In this document: one piece after another, positions 8,783 to 20,922 of the stretch
How the letters are laid out: each line of letters starts with the position of its first letter
Position numbering within the stretch: the first letter of the stretch is position 1
Assembly: GCA_963730695.1 (NCBI GenBank)
Contig: CAVSSV010000033.1
Span: 1,311 to 65,310 of the forward strand
Length of the DNA: 64,000 bases
Source: an uncultured Pseudomonadota bacterium
GTDB taxonomy: Bacteria; Pseudomonadota; Alphaproteobacteria; Rhizobiales; Beijerinckiaceae
Direction of reading: 5' to 3'
Position numbers and translations under genes: made by a program
The notes under the pieces: model-generated
Seen by the model: only the letters and a program-made list of their open reading frames with translations
Databases searched by the model: none
What the model was told of the DNA's origin: nothing

Positions 8783-9556
8783 TCAGCAGGTCGCGTGGCC
8801 GCACTGGCGCACGGCGTCGAGCTTTTCCTTCAGCTGGTCGTAACCGACCGCACCCACCACGACCTCCTGGCCAACGACGAAACTTGGCGTACCGTTGATC
8901 TGCAGCGCGTCGGCCATCTTCAGCGTCTCGTCGATGCCGGACTCGACATCGGGATCGTCCATGTCCTTTTGCAGCTTGGTCATGTCGAGCCTCAATTCGC
9001 GGGCGACCGCGAGCGCTTCGGCTTTGCCGACCGGACCTTGCGTCGCCAGCAGCTTGGAATGGAACGCCCAGAATTTATCGCCGGGGAGCTGATTGCGGGC
9101 GGCGATCGCCACTTTCGCCGCATCGACCGAACCTGGCCCGAGCACCGGGAAGTCTTTCAGGACGAGACGCATCTTGGGGTCGTCCTTCATCAGATGCTCG
9201 ATGTCGGACAGCGCGCCTTTGCAGAAGTGGCAATTGTAGTCGAAGAATTCCACCAGCGTCGTCTTGCCCTGAGGATCGCCGACGTCAGCCTGGTGCTTAG
9301 AGGAGAACACTAGGCTCGCCGAATCCGACAAGGCTTTTTCCTGCGCCGCGGCGCTGGCGTCTTTGTCCTTCTTGTCGAGCGCCTGCATGGCGTCGCGCAA
9401 AACTTCGGGATGGTCGATCAAATACTGATGGACGATGTCGCCGATCGCATCTTTCTGCATCGGCGAGAATTGTTCCTGGGCGTGCGCGGAAGCGAGCGGC
9501 GTCGCGGCCAAAGCAAGCCCCAAAGCAACAGCCTTCGCCAAAAAGCTAAGTTTCAT
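8783..9556 (-). CDS. dsbA: DsbA family thiol:disulfide oxidoreductase (Com1/DsbG-like)
   Basis: Signal peptide, YL.DHPEVL, EFFDYNCHFC, INGTPSF. Confidence 0.9.
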   Translation of the reverse strand: MKLSFLAKAVALGLALAATPLASAHAQEQFSPMQKDAIGDIVHQYLIDHPEVLRDAMQALDKKDKDASAAAQEKALSDSASLVFSSKHQADVGDPQGKTTLVEFFDYNCHFCKGALSDIEHLMKDDPKMRLVLKDFPVLGPGSVDAAKVAIAARNQLPGDKFWAFHSKLLATQGPVGKAEALAVARELRLDMTKLQKDMDDPDVESGIDETLKMADALQINGTPSFVVGQEVVVGAVGYDQLKEKLDAVRQCGHATC

Positions 9557-9594
9557 CGCTCAACTCCTGAAGCCGACGCGCGGCGCAACGTCCT

Positions 9595-12556
9595 TTATTC
9601 GCCAATTAAGGTCATTTTGGCCTTTTGCCACCAGCCGGAGCGCCGTTGTCGCGGCGTCTCGTCGACGGGAGCAGAGGGCTCGCCGCTGAAAAGCGTGACC
9701 GGCGCCGCTCGCGTGACAGCCGCGTGTTCGGGTTCGGGAGCCGAGGCGGCCACGGCGGGGGCCGCAGGCGCCTCCGCTCGGACCATGAGCTCGACGGCGG
9801 CTTGCGACGAAGCTTCTTCTTGCGCAGAGCCCTCATGTTCGAACTCTTCGCGGACGGACGGCGCCGGCTCGAACAGCTCCTTAGCGCTCTCGCTCACTTC
9901 CGCGCCTTCGCCCTCTGTGGCTGTGGGAACGCCCTCTTCCGCGGAAAACTCGCGCTGACCGAAACGCGGCCGCCGCGAGCGGCGACGGCGACGGCGCCCA
10001 TCGCGCGGTTCGCGCTCGCCCGGCTGCGCCGCCGACGGACCTAACTCGCCGTCCTCGCCAGCGGGCTCACCGCCTTCAAATTCGCCCTCAGCCGCGGAGA
10101 CCTCGCCTTCGCTCTGCGGCTGCGCGCCGGCGCCCTCAGCGGACTCTTGGTGCCCGCCTTCGCGTTCGGCGCCCTCAAATTCGCCGCCACGACGACGACG
10201 ACGACGGCGACGGCGACGCGTTCCGTTTTCGCCGGCCTCCCCGTCCGAGCCATGAGCCGACGCGGGCGCAGCTTCGCCTTCCGCCTCGCCTTCGCTTTCG
10301 TAGTCCTGGCTCTCGGCTGGACCCTCTTCGGGTTCCTGCATCAGCGATTCCGGCGAGAAGGCCTGCGGCGCGATACGTTGCGGCTCGCGTGGCCCGGCGA
10401 CGGCTTCGCCGCGCTCGATCGTGTGGCTGGTCGCTCCGGTGAGGCTGTCGTCGGCCTCGATCAGTACGGCGACGCCAAAGCGCTCTTCGAGGTCCCGCAA
10501 ATGCGCGCGCTTCTGGTTCAGGATGTACAGTGCGACCGCGGTGCGGGCGCGCATGACAATGTCATGGGTCGAGTTGCGGATTAGCGCGTCTTCGATGACG
10601 CGCAGCACATGCAGCGCCACCGACGAAGTCGAGCGGACGACGCCGGCGCCCATGCAATGCGGACACTGCACGGTCGAGCCTTCGATGACGCCGCTGCGGA
10701 TGCGCTGACGCGACATCTCCAGCAGGCCGAAATGCGAGATGCGGCCGACCTGGATGCGCGCGCGGTCGTTCTTCAGCGCATCTTTCATGCGCCGCTCGAC
10801 GTTGCGGTTGTTGCGCATCTCCTCCATGTCGATGAAGTCGACGACGATCAGGCCGGCGAGATCGCGCAGGCGAAGCTGCCGGGCGATTTCATCGGCGGCT
10901 TCGACGTTGGTGCGCAGCGCGGTGTCTTCAATGTTGTGTTCGCGGGTGGAGCGGCCCGAGTTGACGTCGATGGCCACCAGGGCTTCGGTCTGGTTGATGA
11001 CGATGTAGCCGCCCGATTTCAACGTGACTTGGTTGGAGAACATCGCGTCGAGTTGCGCCTCGACGCCAGCCTTGGCGAAAATCGGCTGGCTGTCCCGATA
11101 CTGGCGCACCGAGTTCGGCGTGGCTCGGCATCAGCAGCTTCATGAAATCCTTGGCTTCGCGATAGCCCTGGTCGCCAGCGACGACGATTTCATCGACTTC
11201 CCGGCTATAGAGATCGCGGATCGCGCGCTTGATCAGCGATCCTTCCTCGTAAACGAGCATCGGCGCGCTGGACGACAGCGTGGTTTCGCGCACGGTCTCC
11301 CACATGCGCAGCAGATATTCGAAGTCGCGCTTGATTTCCGGCATCGAGCGCGCGGCCCCGGCCGTACGCAGGATGACGCCCATGCCATCGGGAACCTCGA
11401 GTTCCTCGGCGATCTCGCGCATGCGGTCGCGATCCTGGGTGCTGGTGATCTTGCGCGAAATGCCGCCGCCGCGCGCGGTGTTCGGCATCAGCACGGAATA
11501 GCGTCCGGCTAGGGACAGATAGGTCGTCAGCGCCGCGCCCTTGTTGCCGCGCTCTTCTTTGACGACCTGCACCAGCAGCACCTGGCGGCGCTTGATGACT
11601 TCCTGGATCTTGTATTGACGGCGGCCGCGGATCGCCCGGCGCGGCGTTTCGTCCATCGCATCGCCGCCGATGTGCTCGACGGGTTCGACGTCGTCCTCGT
11701 GGCGCTGCGGCGCCTCTTCAACGTTGTGGCCGCCCGGCATCTCCGCGGAGGCTTCGCCATGCTCCTGCGACGACGGGTCGTGATCGGCGATGGCGGAACC
11801 GAGCGCCGTCGCCTCCAAATCTGGCGGGGAGGTGTCGGACCAGCTATGCGAAGCGAGCACCGGCGCGGGTTGGTCTTCGAAGCGGACCAGCGGCGGCTGG
11901 TCGTCCTCATGCGCCGTCGCCGGCTCGTGCGCCGGCGCCTCGCTTTCGGCGCTGTGTCCGGCGTGATCGCCGCCATCGTGGCCGTTGTCGTCGTGCGGCG
12001 AAACGCCGTTGGCGACCTCCTCGACGGTTTCGTGCGGCTCATGCGCCTCACGAGGGTCGTCGCTCTCGTGCCTGCCGAGCGCCTCCTGATCGATCGCCCC
12101 GTCATGGGCGGCCAAGGCCTCGTGCGTATCCTCGTCCTCACCGGGGGCGTTCGCCACGCTGGAAACCGATTCATCGCGGCGGCGATGCGACCGTTGCGAT
12201 GAGTGATGGCCGCCGCGCTGCCGTCGCCGACTGCGGCGCTCGTCGCCCTCGGCCTCGTCCTCGCGATGGCTTTCAGCCTCTTCCTCTAGAAGTGCGCGAC
12301 GGTCGGCGACTGGAATTTGATAATAGTCGGGATGAATTTCCGAGAAGGCGAGAAAGCCGTGGCGATTGCCGCCGTAGTCGACAAAAGCGGCCTGCAGCGA
12401 CGGCTCGACGCGCGTGACCTTTGCGAGATAGATATTGCCGCGAAGCGGCTTTTTACTGACAGATTCGAAGTCAAATTCTTCGACGCGGTCGCCTTTGAGC
12501 ACAACCACCCGGGTTTCTTCCGGATGGGACGCGTCGATGATCATTTTGTTTGGCAT
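9595..12556 (-). CDS. rne: Ribonuclease E (one apparent frameshift near 11115)
   Basis: IDASHPEETRV, GNIYLAKVTRVEPSLQAAFV, alpha-type S1 insertion, IDVNSGR, CPHC Zn link, Arg-rich disordered C-terminus. Confidence 0.96.
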
Positions 12557-13211
12557 GAGGAACTCTCAAAACAGTGAAATCGCCGATGTCTGAGCGCGAC
12601 GCGGGGTGCGGCGCTCCAATCGGCCTGGAATGCGAAAAACGGGCAAGCCGACGCAACGCACTGCGCCGCGTGGGCTGCGCAAGGCGGTCGGAAACATGTG
12701 ACGATGCGGAAGACAATACGCCCACGCCGTCGCAACCGACGGGCGCCGAAGAAACTTTCGAAAATGGGGCCTGCGGCAGCAGGACGGGCGTCATGACAGT
12801 TTAACCCTAGGCGGGCCGAGCCGCCTGACCAAGCAAAGCGCCTAAATGCTCAGGGGGGACCCCCAACACGCTCTAAGCGCGGCCGCCGCCAGCTGAAGAT
12901 TCAAAAATCGCTTGCTAAACGATTGAATTCAACCGGCCCGTAGCCTCTCGGGGTTGATCGCCACACGCGCTCCCCGACCCGAAAAGCTCGAATCCGACCG
13001 CAGTCCTTTTAGGGTCGCCGCGCTTGCATTGCAAGAGGCTGAGCGCCCGCAGCCGTCGCGAAATGGCAAATCACTACGCGAAAGAAGTCCTAATCTCGGA
13101 TTGGTCGAACCACCCGGTGAAAAGGATAAATTAACCGTGCGCCCCCTAACCAAAGGCCGCGGCAGGCGGTAAAAGCCGCGAAGCGAGCACGGGCGCGGGG
13201 GTAAATTTGGC

Positions 13212-14477
13212 GTGAGAGTTCCCGCCGCGGCGTTCGTCTTGGCCCTCGCGGTCCTGTTCGCCAGCCCCTTTATCGCTCAGGCCCAGACCACGCCCGGCGT
13301 GAAGGCGGTCGACGCCCACCTTGAGAATGAAGCAAGCCAGGCGGTGCTCAGCTTTGACCTCACCGGGCCGGCGCATGCCGCCGCGCACACCCTTAAAGAC
13401 CCCGACCGAATTGTCGTCGATCTGCCCGCTGTCGTTTTCGCGCTCGATCCTGCCCTCGGGCACGAAATTCCTGAAAAGGCGGGCGACTCGCTGATCCGGT
13501 CCTTCCGATTTGGCAGTTTCACCAGCGACGCCTCCCGGGTGGTGATCGATCTCGCGCATCCGGCTTGCGTGAAGACGCTCGAGGATCGCGTGCTTGGCCC
13601 CAACGCCGCCGCGAGCCAGCTCCGCATCGTCTTGGCCGATTGCGATCGGAAGGCGTTTGAGGCGACGATCGTTGCCGACGCCCCGGCGACGCCGGCCGAC
13701 CGATCCTCGCCTGCGGAAGCGGCGGCTGGGGATCAGAATCTCCCCCTTGTCGTCCTCGACCCCGGCCATGGCGGCATCGACGGCGGCGCCTATGGCGTCA
13801 ACGGTGCGGTGGAGAAGACCATCACCCTCGCGTTCGCCCAGGTTCTCGATCAGCGTTTGCTCAAAAGCGGAAGATACCGGGTAAAGATGACCCGCGAGGA
13901 CGACACGTTCGTGTCCTTGCCTGACCGCGTGAGGTTCGCACGGGACGCCGGCGCCGCCCTCTTTGTCTCCATTCACGCCGACACGCTCACCGACTCTGCA
14001 GGGGTGTCGGGCGCGACCGTCTATAGCGGCGCGGAACGGGCGAGCGACGGCCGTTCGGCGCGAATCGCTGCGCGCGAAAACGCCGCGGACAAGGCGGCGG
14101 GCATGGAACAGAAGCACGCTCTGGCTGACGTCTCCGACATTTTGTTCGACCTGAAAATGCGGGAGAGCCGCACCTATACCCACCTCTTCGCGCATGGCCT
14201 CGTCGCGGCCTGGCGGACGGCCGGGGGCATGACCCACAACCCAGAACGCGCCGCCAATTTCTTCGTGCTCAAGGCCCCGGACTACCCCTCCGTTCTCGTG
14301 GAACTCGGTTTCGTTTCCAACCCCAACGACGTGAAATTGCTGGAGGCTCCGGAATGGCGGGCGCGAACGGCCGACACCATCGCGTCCGCCATCGACGCTT
14401 TTTTCGCGCGTTCCGTTTCGGACGGCGCCGTTGCGCCTCAGCCACAGGCGACCGTCGGCGCTGCGCCCACGCCCTGA
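13212..14477 (+). CDS. amiC: N-acetylmuramoyl-L-alanine amidase (AMIN + Amidase_3)
   Basis: VVLDPGHGGIDGGA, EK, SIHAD, SVLVELGF.SN. Confidence 0.92.
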   Translation: MRVPAAAFVLALAVLFASPFIAQAQTTPGVKAVDAHLENEASQAVLSFDLTGPAHAAAHTLKDPDRIVVDLPAVVFALDPALGHEIPEKAGDSLIRSFRFGSFTSDASRVVIDLAHPACVKTLEDRVLGPNAAASQLRIVLADCDRKAFEATIVADAPATPADRSSPAEAAAGDQNLPLVVLDPGHGGIDGGAYGVNGAVEKTITLAFAQVLDQRLLKSGRYRVKMTREDDTFVSLPDRVRFARDAGAALFVSIHADTLTDSAGVSGATVYSGAERASDGRSARIAARENAADKAAGMEQKHALADVSDILFDLKMRESRTYTHLFAHGLVAAWRTAGGMTHNPERAANFFVLKAPDYPSVLVELGFVSNPNDVKLLEAPEWRARTADTIASAIDAFFARSVSDGAVAPQPQATVGAAPTP

Positions 14478-14623
14478 ATGGCCGCAGTTTCGCCGCAAGG
14501 ATACTGTCAGAGGGTCCCTCGCCCCTAGCCGCCTAAACCAGGGTTGCGCCGGGGACGCGGCTTAATTATCGAGGGCCTCCCGAGGGCGGCGACGCTCGAC
14601 GTAAGGGTTAAGACAGACCGTCG

Positions 14624-17039
14624 ATGCGCTCACTGTTCCGACTCCTCGGCTTCATCTTCACGACCGGCGCAATTCTTTTTGTGATTGCGGCGGCGGTCGG
14701 CGGAGCCGTCATTTGGAAATTTCAGCAGGACCTGCCCGACTACTCGCAGTTGAAGAACTACGAGCCGCCGGTCATGACCCGGGTTCACGCGGCGGATGGC
14801 AGCCTGCTCGCCGAATATTCGCGCGAACGCCGTCTTTACCTACCCGGCCCGGCGATTCCGCAGCTCGTCAAGAACGCCTTCATCTCGGCGGAAGACAAGA
14901 ATTTCTACACCCATAGCGGCTTCGACCTCGACGGCATCGTCCGCGCTGGCCTGGTTTTCCTGCAAGGCCAGAAGCGCGTTCAGGGCGCCTCGACGATCAC
15001 CCAGCAGGTGGCCAAGAACTTCTTCCTCTCGCCCGAGCGCAGCGTCTCGCGCAAAATTCGCGAACTGCTGCTGAGCATCCGCATCGAGTCGGCCTACAGC
15101 AAAGACAAGATTCTCGAGCTCTACCTCAACGAAATCTATCTTGGCCGCGGCAATTACGGCGTCGCCGCCGCGGCGCTCGGCTATTTCGACAAGTCGGTGC
15201 ACGAGCTGACCGTCGCCGAGGTCGCCTATCTCGCCGCGCTGCCCAAGGAGCCGAGCGCGCTCGATCCGTTCAAGGATCACGAGCGCGCGGTCGAACGGCG
15301 CGACTATGTCATCGGGCGCATGCGCGAAGACGGCTATATCACCGCCGAGCAGGCCAAAGAGGCGTTCGCCGAGCCGCTGGTCGTCAACCCGCATGTCGTG
15401 ACGACCGACTCCATCGCCGCCGGCTATTTCGCCGAGGAAGTCCGCCGCGAACTTGCCGAGCGCTACGGCGAGCAGAAGCTGTATGAAGGCGGCCTTTCCG
15501 TCCGCACCACGCTCGACCCGAAAGTCCAGTTGATGGCGCGAAAATCGCTCGTCGACGGCCTTGTAAGGTACGACGAAGCGCACGGCTGGCACGGCGTCGT
15601 CAAATCGATCGACCTCGGCCAGGATTGGGGCGTTTCGCTCGCCGACATCCCCGAGTACTCCGACATCAAGCCGTGGCGGTTGGCGGTCGCCTTGGAGGTG
15701 ACGGACGCCGCCATCCGCATCGGCCTGCAGCCCAACCGCGACAAGTCCGGCGCGCTGAGCTCCGACCGCACGACGGGCTTCGTCACCCTGGACGGCGTCC
15801 GATGGACCGGACGGCGGCCAAAAACCTTGGTCAAGCCCGGCGACGTCGTCTACGTCGAGCCGAGCGCGACCAAGGACGGCGAGTATCGTCTGCGGCAAAC
15901 GCCCGATGTTTCCGGCGCCGCCGTGGCGATGGATCCCTACACCGGCCGCGTGCTGGCGATGGTCGGCGGCTTCTCGTTCGATCAGAGCGAGTTCAACCGC
16001 GCCACGCAGGCGCAGCGCCAGCCGGGTTCTTCGTTCAAGCCGATCGTCTACGCGGCGGCGCTCGACAACGGCTACACGCCGTCTTCGGTCGTGCTCGACG
16101 AACCGCTGCAGATTGACGACGGCACCGGCAACATCTGGTCGCCGCAAAACTTCGAAGGCAAGTCTGGCGGCCCGCACACGCTGCGCTTCGGCATCGAGCA
16201 CTCGATCAACCAGATGACTGTGCGCCTCGCCCGCGATCTCGGCATGCCGCTGATCGTGGAATACGCCAAGCGATTTCGGCGTCTACGACAACCTGCCGCC
16301 GTTCCTGGCGATGTCGCTCGGCGCCGGCGAAACCACCGTCATGCGCATGACGACCGCCTATTCGATGTTCGCCAACGGCGGCAAGCGCGTGAAGGCGACG
16401 CTGATCGACCGCATCCAGGACCGCTGGGGCACCACGATCTACAAACACGACGAGCGCATCTGCCAAGGCTGCGACGCCGTGAAATGGGACAACCAGGACG
16501 AGCCGACCTTGGTCGACAAGCGCGAGCAGGTGATCGATCCCCTGAGCGCCTACCAGATCACCTCGATCATGGAAGGCGTCATCCAGCGTGGCACCGGCAT
16601 CGCCATCAAGGAAGTCGGCAAGCATCTGGCTGGCAAGACGGGCACCACCAACGACGCCAAGGACCTCTGGTTCGTCGGCTTTTCGCCAAACCTGACGTTT
16701 GGCGTGTTCATGGGCTATGACAAGCCGCGCTCGCTCGGCGATAGCGCCCAGGCCGCGCTCTACACCGCCCCGATTTTCCGCGACTTCATGAAACTGGCGC
16801 TCGCCAATGTGCCGGACACGCCGTTCCGCGTTCCCCCTGGCATCAAGCTGATCTCCGTGCAGGTCGCTTCTGGCATGCGCGGCAGCGGCCCGGGCTCGAT
16901 CATGGAAGCGTTCAAGCCGGGCACCGAGCCGCCGGATGGCTACAATGGCGGGGGCGGCGGAGGCGGAGGCGGCGCTGCGACCGCTGGCGTCGACATCACG
17001 CCGGCGACGGTGGTGTCCGGGCCCGGCGGCCTGTATTGA
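14624..17039 (+). CDS. mrcA: Penicillin-binding protein 1A (frameshift near 16270)
   Basis: AEDKNFY.H, GASTITQQVAKN, SSFK, SIN, GKTGTTN. Confidence 0.95.
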
Positions 17040-17097
17040 CGGCGCTTCAAGCGTCCCGATTCGCTTTTTCCTGAGCCGGACCTATTTAAAGACAGCC

Positions 17098-18226
17098 ATG
17101 CGCGCCGAAGCCCAAGCCCTCGTTGAAGACATCGAGCAATCCGCGGGATTGCTGAGGAGGCATCTTTGACGTCGAGACCGCCACACGGCGCCTTGCCGAA
17201 CTGAACGCCAAATCCGAAGCCGCCAATTTCTGGAACGATCCGGAAGCGGCGCAGAAGCTGATGCGTGAGCGCACCCAGCTCGAGGATCGGCTGGGTTCGC
17301 TGAAAAGGATCGAGCGCGAACTCGACGACGGCAAGACCCTGGTCGAGCTCGGCGAAGCCGAGGACGACGCCGCCACCGAGGCCGAGGGTCTCGGCATGCT
17401 CAAAAACCTGAAGGCCGACGTCGAACGGCGCCAGCTCGAGGCGCTGCTCTCGGGCGAAGCCGACGGCAACGACACCTATATCGAAATTCACTCCGGCGCC
17501 GGCGGCACGGAAAGCTGCGACTGGGCGCGCATCCTGCTTCGCATGTACACGCGCTGGGCGGAGCGGCGGAAGTTTTCAGTCGAGCTGATCGAAGAGACCG
17601 ACGGCGACGAAGCCGGCATTAAGTCGGCGACGCTGATGATCAAGGGCGAAAGCGCGCACGGCTGGACGAAGACCGAGTCCGGCGTGCATCGCCTGGTCAG
17701 GATTTCCCCGTTCGACTCCAATGCCCGGCGGCACACCAGCTTTGCTTCGGTTTGGGTCTATCCGGTCGTCGACGACCGCATCAATGTCGACGTCAACGAA
17801 GGCGACTGCCGCATCGACACGTATCGCGCCTCAGGCGCCGGCGGACAGCACGTCAACAAGACCGAGTCTGCCGTGCGCATCACCCACATCCCCACCGGCA
17901 TCGTGGTCGCCTGCCAGTCCGAGCGCTCCCAGCACAAGAACCGCGCCACCGCCTGGAACATGCTGCGCGCCCGGCTCTACGAGCGGGAACTCGAGAAGCG
18001 GGAAGCCGCCACCGCCGCCGACGCCGCCTCGAAGACGGAGATCGGCTGGGGCCACCAGATCCGCTCCTATGTCTTGCAGCCCTATCAGATGGTGAAGGAC
18101 CTGCGCACGGGCCACACCACCAGCGCCACCGGCGAGGTGCTCGACGGCGACCTCGACGCCTTCATGGAGGCTTCGCTCGCCCTCAAACTTTCCGGCCGCA
18201 CCGTCGCCGTCGAAGATGTGGAATAG
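17098..18226 (+). CDS. prfB: Peptide chain release factor 2 with programmed +1 frameshift
   Basis: AGGAGG-cat-CTT TGA C at 17155-17170; SPF and GGQ motifs. Confidence 0.97.
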
Positions 18227-18266
18227 GCGCCACACTTTGGCCGCCTCGCGGCGGTTCAAGCTTGGC

Positions 18267-18917
18267 ATGCCGTCCCTTCTGCGTTGTCTTCTGCCTGCGG
18301 CCGCCTTGGCGGCGGGTCTGGCGCCTGTGCCGGCTTTGGCGCACCCGCACGTCTGGATCACCGTTCGCACGCAAGTGCATTTCGACGACAGCGGCAAGCT
18401 CGATTCGCTGACGCACGACTGGGTGTTCGACGATCAATATTCGGCCTATGCGACGCAGGGCCTGGCGCCGGCCGGCAAGTTGGTGACGCGCGAGCTGTTC
18501 GCGCCGCTCGCCAAGGAAAACGCCGGCGGCCTCGCGGACATCGGCTACTTCACCTCGCTCAAGGTCAACGGCAAGCCGGTCGCGTTCGGCGACATCACGG
18601 ATTATTGGATGGAGGAGCGGCCGGACCATCTGGTAACGTTCCACGTCGTCATGCCGCTCAAGACCCCGACCGCTCCTGGACGTTACGGCTCGCTGCTGGT
18701 CGCCGACCCCGAATATTTCTTCGATTTCGAGTTCGAGGACAAAGACCCGCTGACCCTCGTCAACGCGCCCAAGGGCTGCTCGATTTCGATCAACAAGCCC
18801 AAGCCGCTCGACGATTCCGACAAGCAGAAGCTGAGCGAGAGCTTTTTCTCCAACCTCTCCCCCGGGTCCGATTTCGGCTTCAAAATGGCCCCGCGCGGCA
18901 TTCTCGCGTGCCCGTAA
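18267..18917 (+). CDS. DUF1007 family periplasmic protein
   Basis: Signal peptide followed by AHPHVWI, W.FD..YS, DPEYF. Confidence 0.88.
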   Translation: MPSLLRCLLPAAALAAGLAPVPALAHPHVWITVRTQVHFDDSGKLDSLTHDWVFDDQYSAYATQGLAPAGKLVTRELFAPLAKENAGGLADIGYFTSLKVNGKPVAFGDITDYWMEERPDHLVTFHVVMPLKTPTAPGRYGSLLVADPEYFFDFEFEDKDPLTLVNAPKGCSISINKPKPLDDSDKQKLSESFFSNLSPGSDFGFKMAPRGILACP

Positions 18918-18927
18918 GGCCCAGCCC

Positions 18928-19965
18928 ATGAGCCTTTGGCTGCGCATCGTCCTGCCCGCCGGCCTTACGCTTCCGCCGGTGACGGCTGTGGCGGCGATGC
19001 GGCCGTTCGCTGTGGGCGGCGGCGAGGGCGGCGGCGGCGCGGAGACCGGCCTCGTCGGCTGGCTGCTCAATCTGCAGTCGCTGTTTACCCACATGATCAC
19101 CGCCGACGTTAAGGCGCTGCACGACAACCCTGCGGCGCTGTGGGGCCTACTCGGCCTCGGCGCGCTTTATGGCGTCGCCCATGCGGCCGGCCCCGGCCAC
19201 GGCAAGGCGATCATCGCTTCCTACGTCACCGCGAACGACAAGGCCTTGCGGCGCGGCATCGTGCTCGCTTTCCTCGCCGCAATCCTGCAGGCGGCGGTGG
19301 CGGTGGCGCTGGTCAGCGTGCTGGCGATCATCTTCAACGTCACGGCGCCCGTGATGAACAACGCCGCCGATTGGCTGGCGCTGGCGAGCGACCTCGGCGT
19401 CGCGGCGATCGGCGCCTATCTCGTGTGGAGCAAGGGCGGCGCGTTGCTGCGGGCGCTAAAACTGCGTTTTCAACGGCGCGAGTCGATCGCCGCCTCCGCG
19501 CTTTACGCGGGAGCGCCGTGGCAAAGCGCCCAGCCCAAGGCGACGCTCTCGGCCTTCCGCGCCGCCGAACCCGGCGTCGCCGCCGTCGATCCCGATTGTG
19601 GCCATTTGCACACGCTGGACGCCGCTGCGCTCGGCGAGGGCTTCACCTGGCGCGGCGCGATCACGACGGTGATCGCTGCGGGCTCGCGCCCCTGCTCCGG
19701 CGCCCTGCTGGTCCTGGTGTTCACGCTGGCGCAAGGGCTGTTTTGGGCCGGCATCGCCACGACTTTCGCCATGGCGTTCGGCACCGCCGTCACCACCGGC
19801 GCGATCGCGGCCGCCGCCGCGCTGTTCAAGGCGGCGGCGATGCGGGCGGCGTCGGGCGACGAGACCCGCCTCGCCTTGACGGCGCGCGTGGTGGAGTTTG
19901 CGGCGGCGGTCGGCGTGCTGGCCTTTGGCCTGGCGCTGGCCTTTGCATCGTCGCAGGGTGCGTGA
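18928..19965 (+). CDS. Nickel/cobalt transporter (RcnA/HoxN-like)
   Basis: YGVAHAAGPGHGKA, CGH.H loop, RPCSGA; usual DUF1007 partner. Confidence 0.88.
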   Translation: MSLWLRIVLPAGLTLPPVTAVAAMRPFAVGGGEGGGGAETGLVGWLLNLQSLFTHMITADVKALHDNPAALWGLLGLGALYGVAHAAGPGHGKAIIASYVTANDKALRRGIVLAFLAAILQAAVAVALVSVLAIIFNVTAPVMNNAADWLALASDLGVAAIGAYLVWSKGGALLRALKLRFQRRESIAASALYAGAPWQSAQPKATLSAFRAAEPGVAAVDPDCGHLHTLDAAALGEGFTWRGAITTVIAAGSRPCSGALLVLVFTLAQGLFWAGIATTFAMAFGTAVTTGAIAAAAALFKAAAMRAASGDETRLALTARVVEFAAAVGVLAFGLALAFASSQGA

Positions 19966-19976
19966 CAAAAAGGGGC

Positions 19977-20499
19977 ATGACGTTCCCCCTTCCCGACGGC
20001 CGGCCGCTGACCTCTGACGAACTCCTGCACGGCCTGACCGCGCTCGGCCTGGAGACGGCGACGATCGAGCATCCGCCGCTTCACACGGTCGAGGACTCCA
20101 AGGCTTTGCGCGGCGAAATCTCCGGCGGCGCACGCCAAGAACCTGTTCGTGCGCGACAAGAAGGGAAGGATCTTCCTGCTCGTGCTCGAGGAGTCCGCGC
20201 GCATCGACTTGAAGAAGGTGCACGAAGTCATCGGCGGCGCTGGGCGGGTGTCGTTCGGCACGCCCGAATTGCTCGAAGAGGTGCTTGGCGTGAAGCCCGG
20301 AGCGGTGACGCCCTTTGCCGCGGTCAATGACCGCGAGGGCCGCGCGACTGTGGTGCTCGATGCGCCGCTGATGCGCCACGAGCGGCTGAACTTTCACCCG
20401 CTGGTGAACACGCGCACGACCGGTTTGCCGCGGTCGGATTTCTTGAAGTTTCTGGAGGCGGTCAGCCACGCCCCGATGATTTTGCCAATTAGCGGTTAG
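19977..20499 (+). CDS. Prolyl-tRNA editing (YbaK/ProX-like) protein, frameshift near 20130
   Basis: EHPPLHTVEDS, KNLF.RDKK, LGVKPGAVTPF, NFHPLVN. Confidence 0.88.
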
Positions 20500-20804
20500 G
20501 CGGCGAAACGCACCGCGAGGCCGGTGGCGGTCAGGCGCAACAGATGGGCGCCGTCGATGTCGGCGCTGGCGAGCGCGTCGGTCTCAAATTGCACGTCGAT
20601 GACGCCGTCGGCGCCGAATTCTTCCGCTTCGAGCATCAGGGCCTTGATTGCGGTTTCCTTATCGGCGGCGGACGCCGCGCCGCGCCAGGCGCCCACGGCG
20701 CGAAGGCGGCCGAGGGGAGAAACCTTGCGCCCTTCGAGGGCCTCTGAAAAGCTGACCAACATGACGCGTGTCCCTGAACGCCCCTGACCCGCTCTGTCTC
20801 TCAT
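20496..20804 (-). CDS. YbjQ-like heavy-metal-binding domain protein
   Basis: A..L..EAEEFGADGVIDVQFE...TATGLAVR. Confidence 0.75.
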   Translation of the reverse strand: MRDRAGQGRSGTRVMLVSFSEALEGRKVSPLGRLRAVGAWRGAASAADKETAIKALMLEAEEFGADGVIDVQFETDALASADIDGAHLLRLTATGLAVRFAA

Positions 20805-20922
20805 TTCGCGCCTTTCCCGGGGGTTAACGGAACAGGAATTCGCGGTAATGATGGGCGTGAGGGCTAATGAAGCGTTCTTACGGGACGGCGCGCGGGCTTG
20901 GCGGCGACGGCGTTCCGGACGG

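Noticed and set aside
10187-10220. (CGA/CGG)n trinucleotide repeat
   Set aside because: Encodes the Arg-rich RNA-binding patch of RNase E
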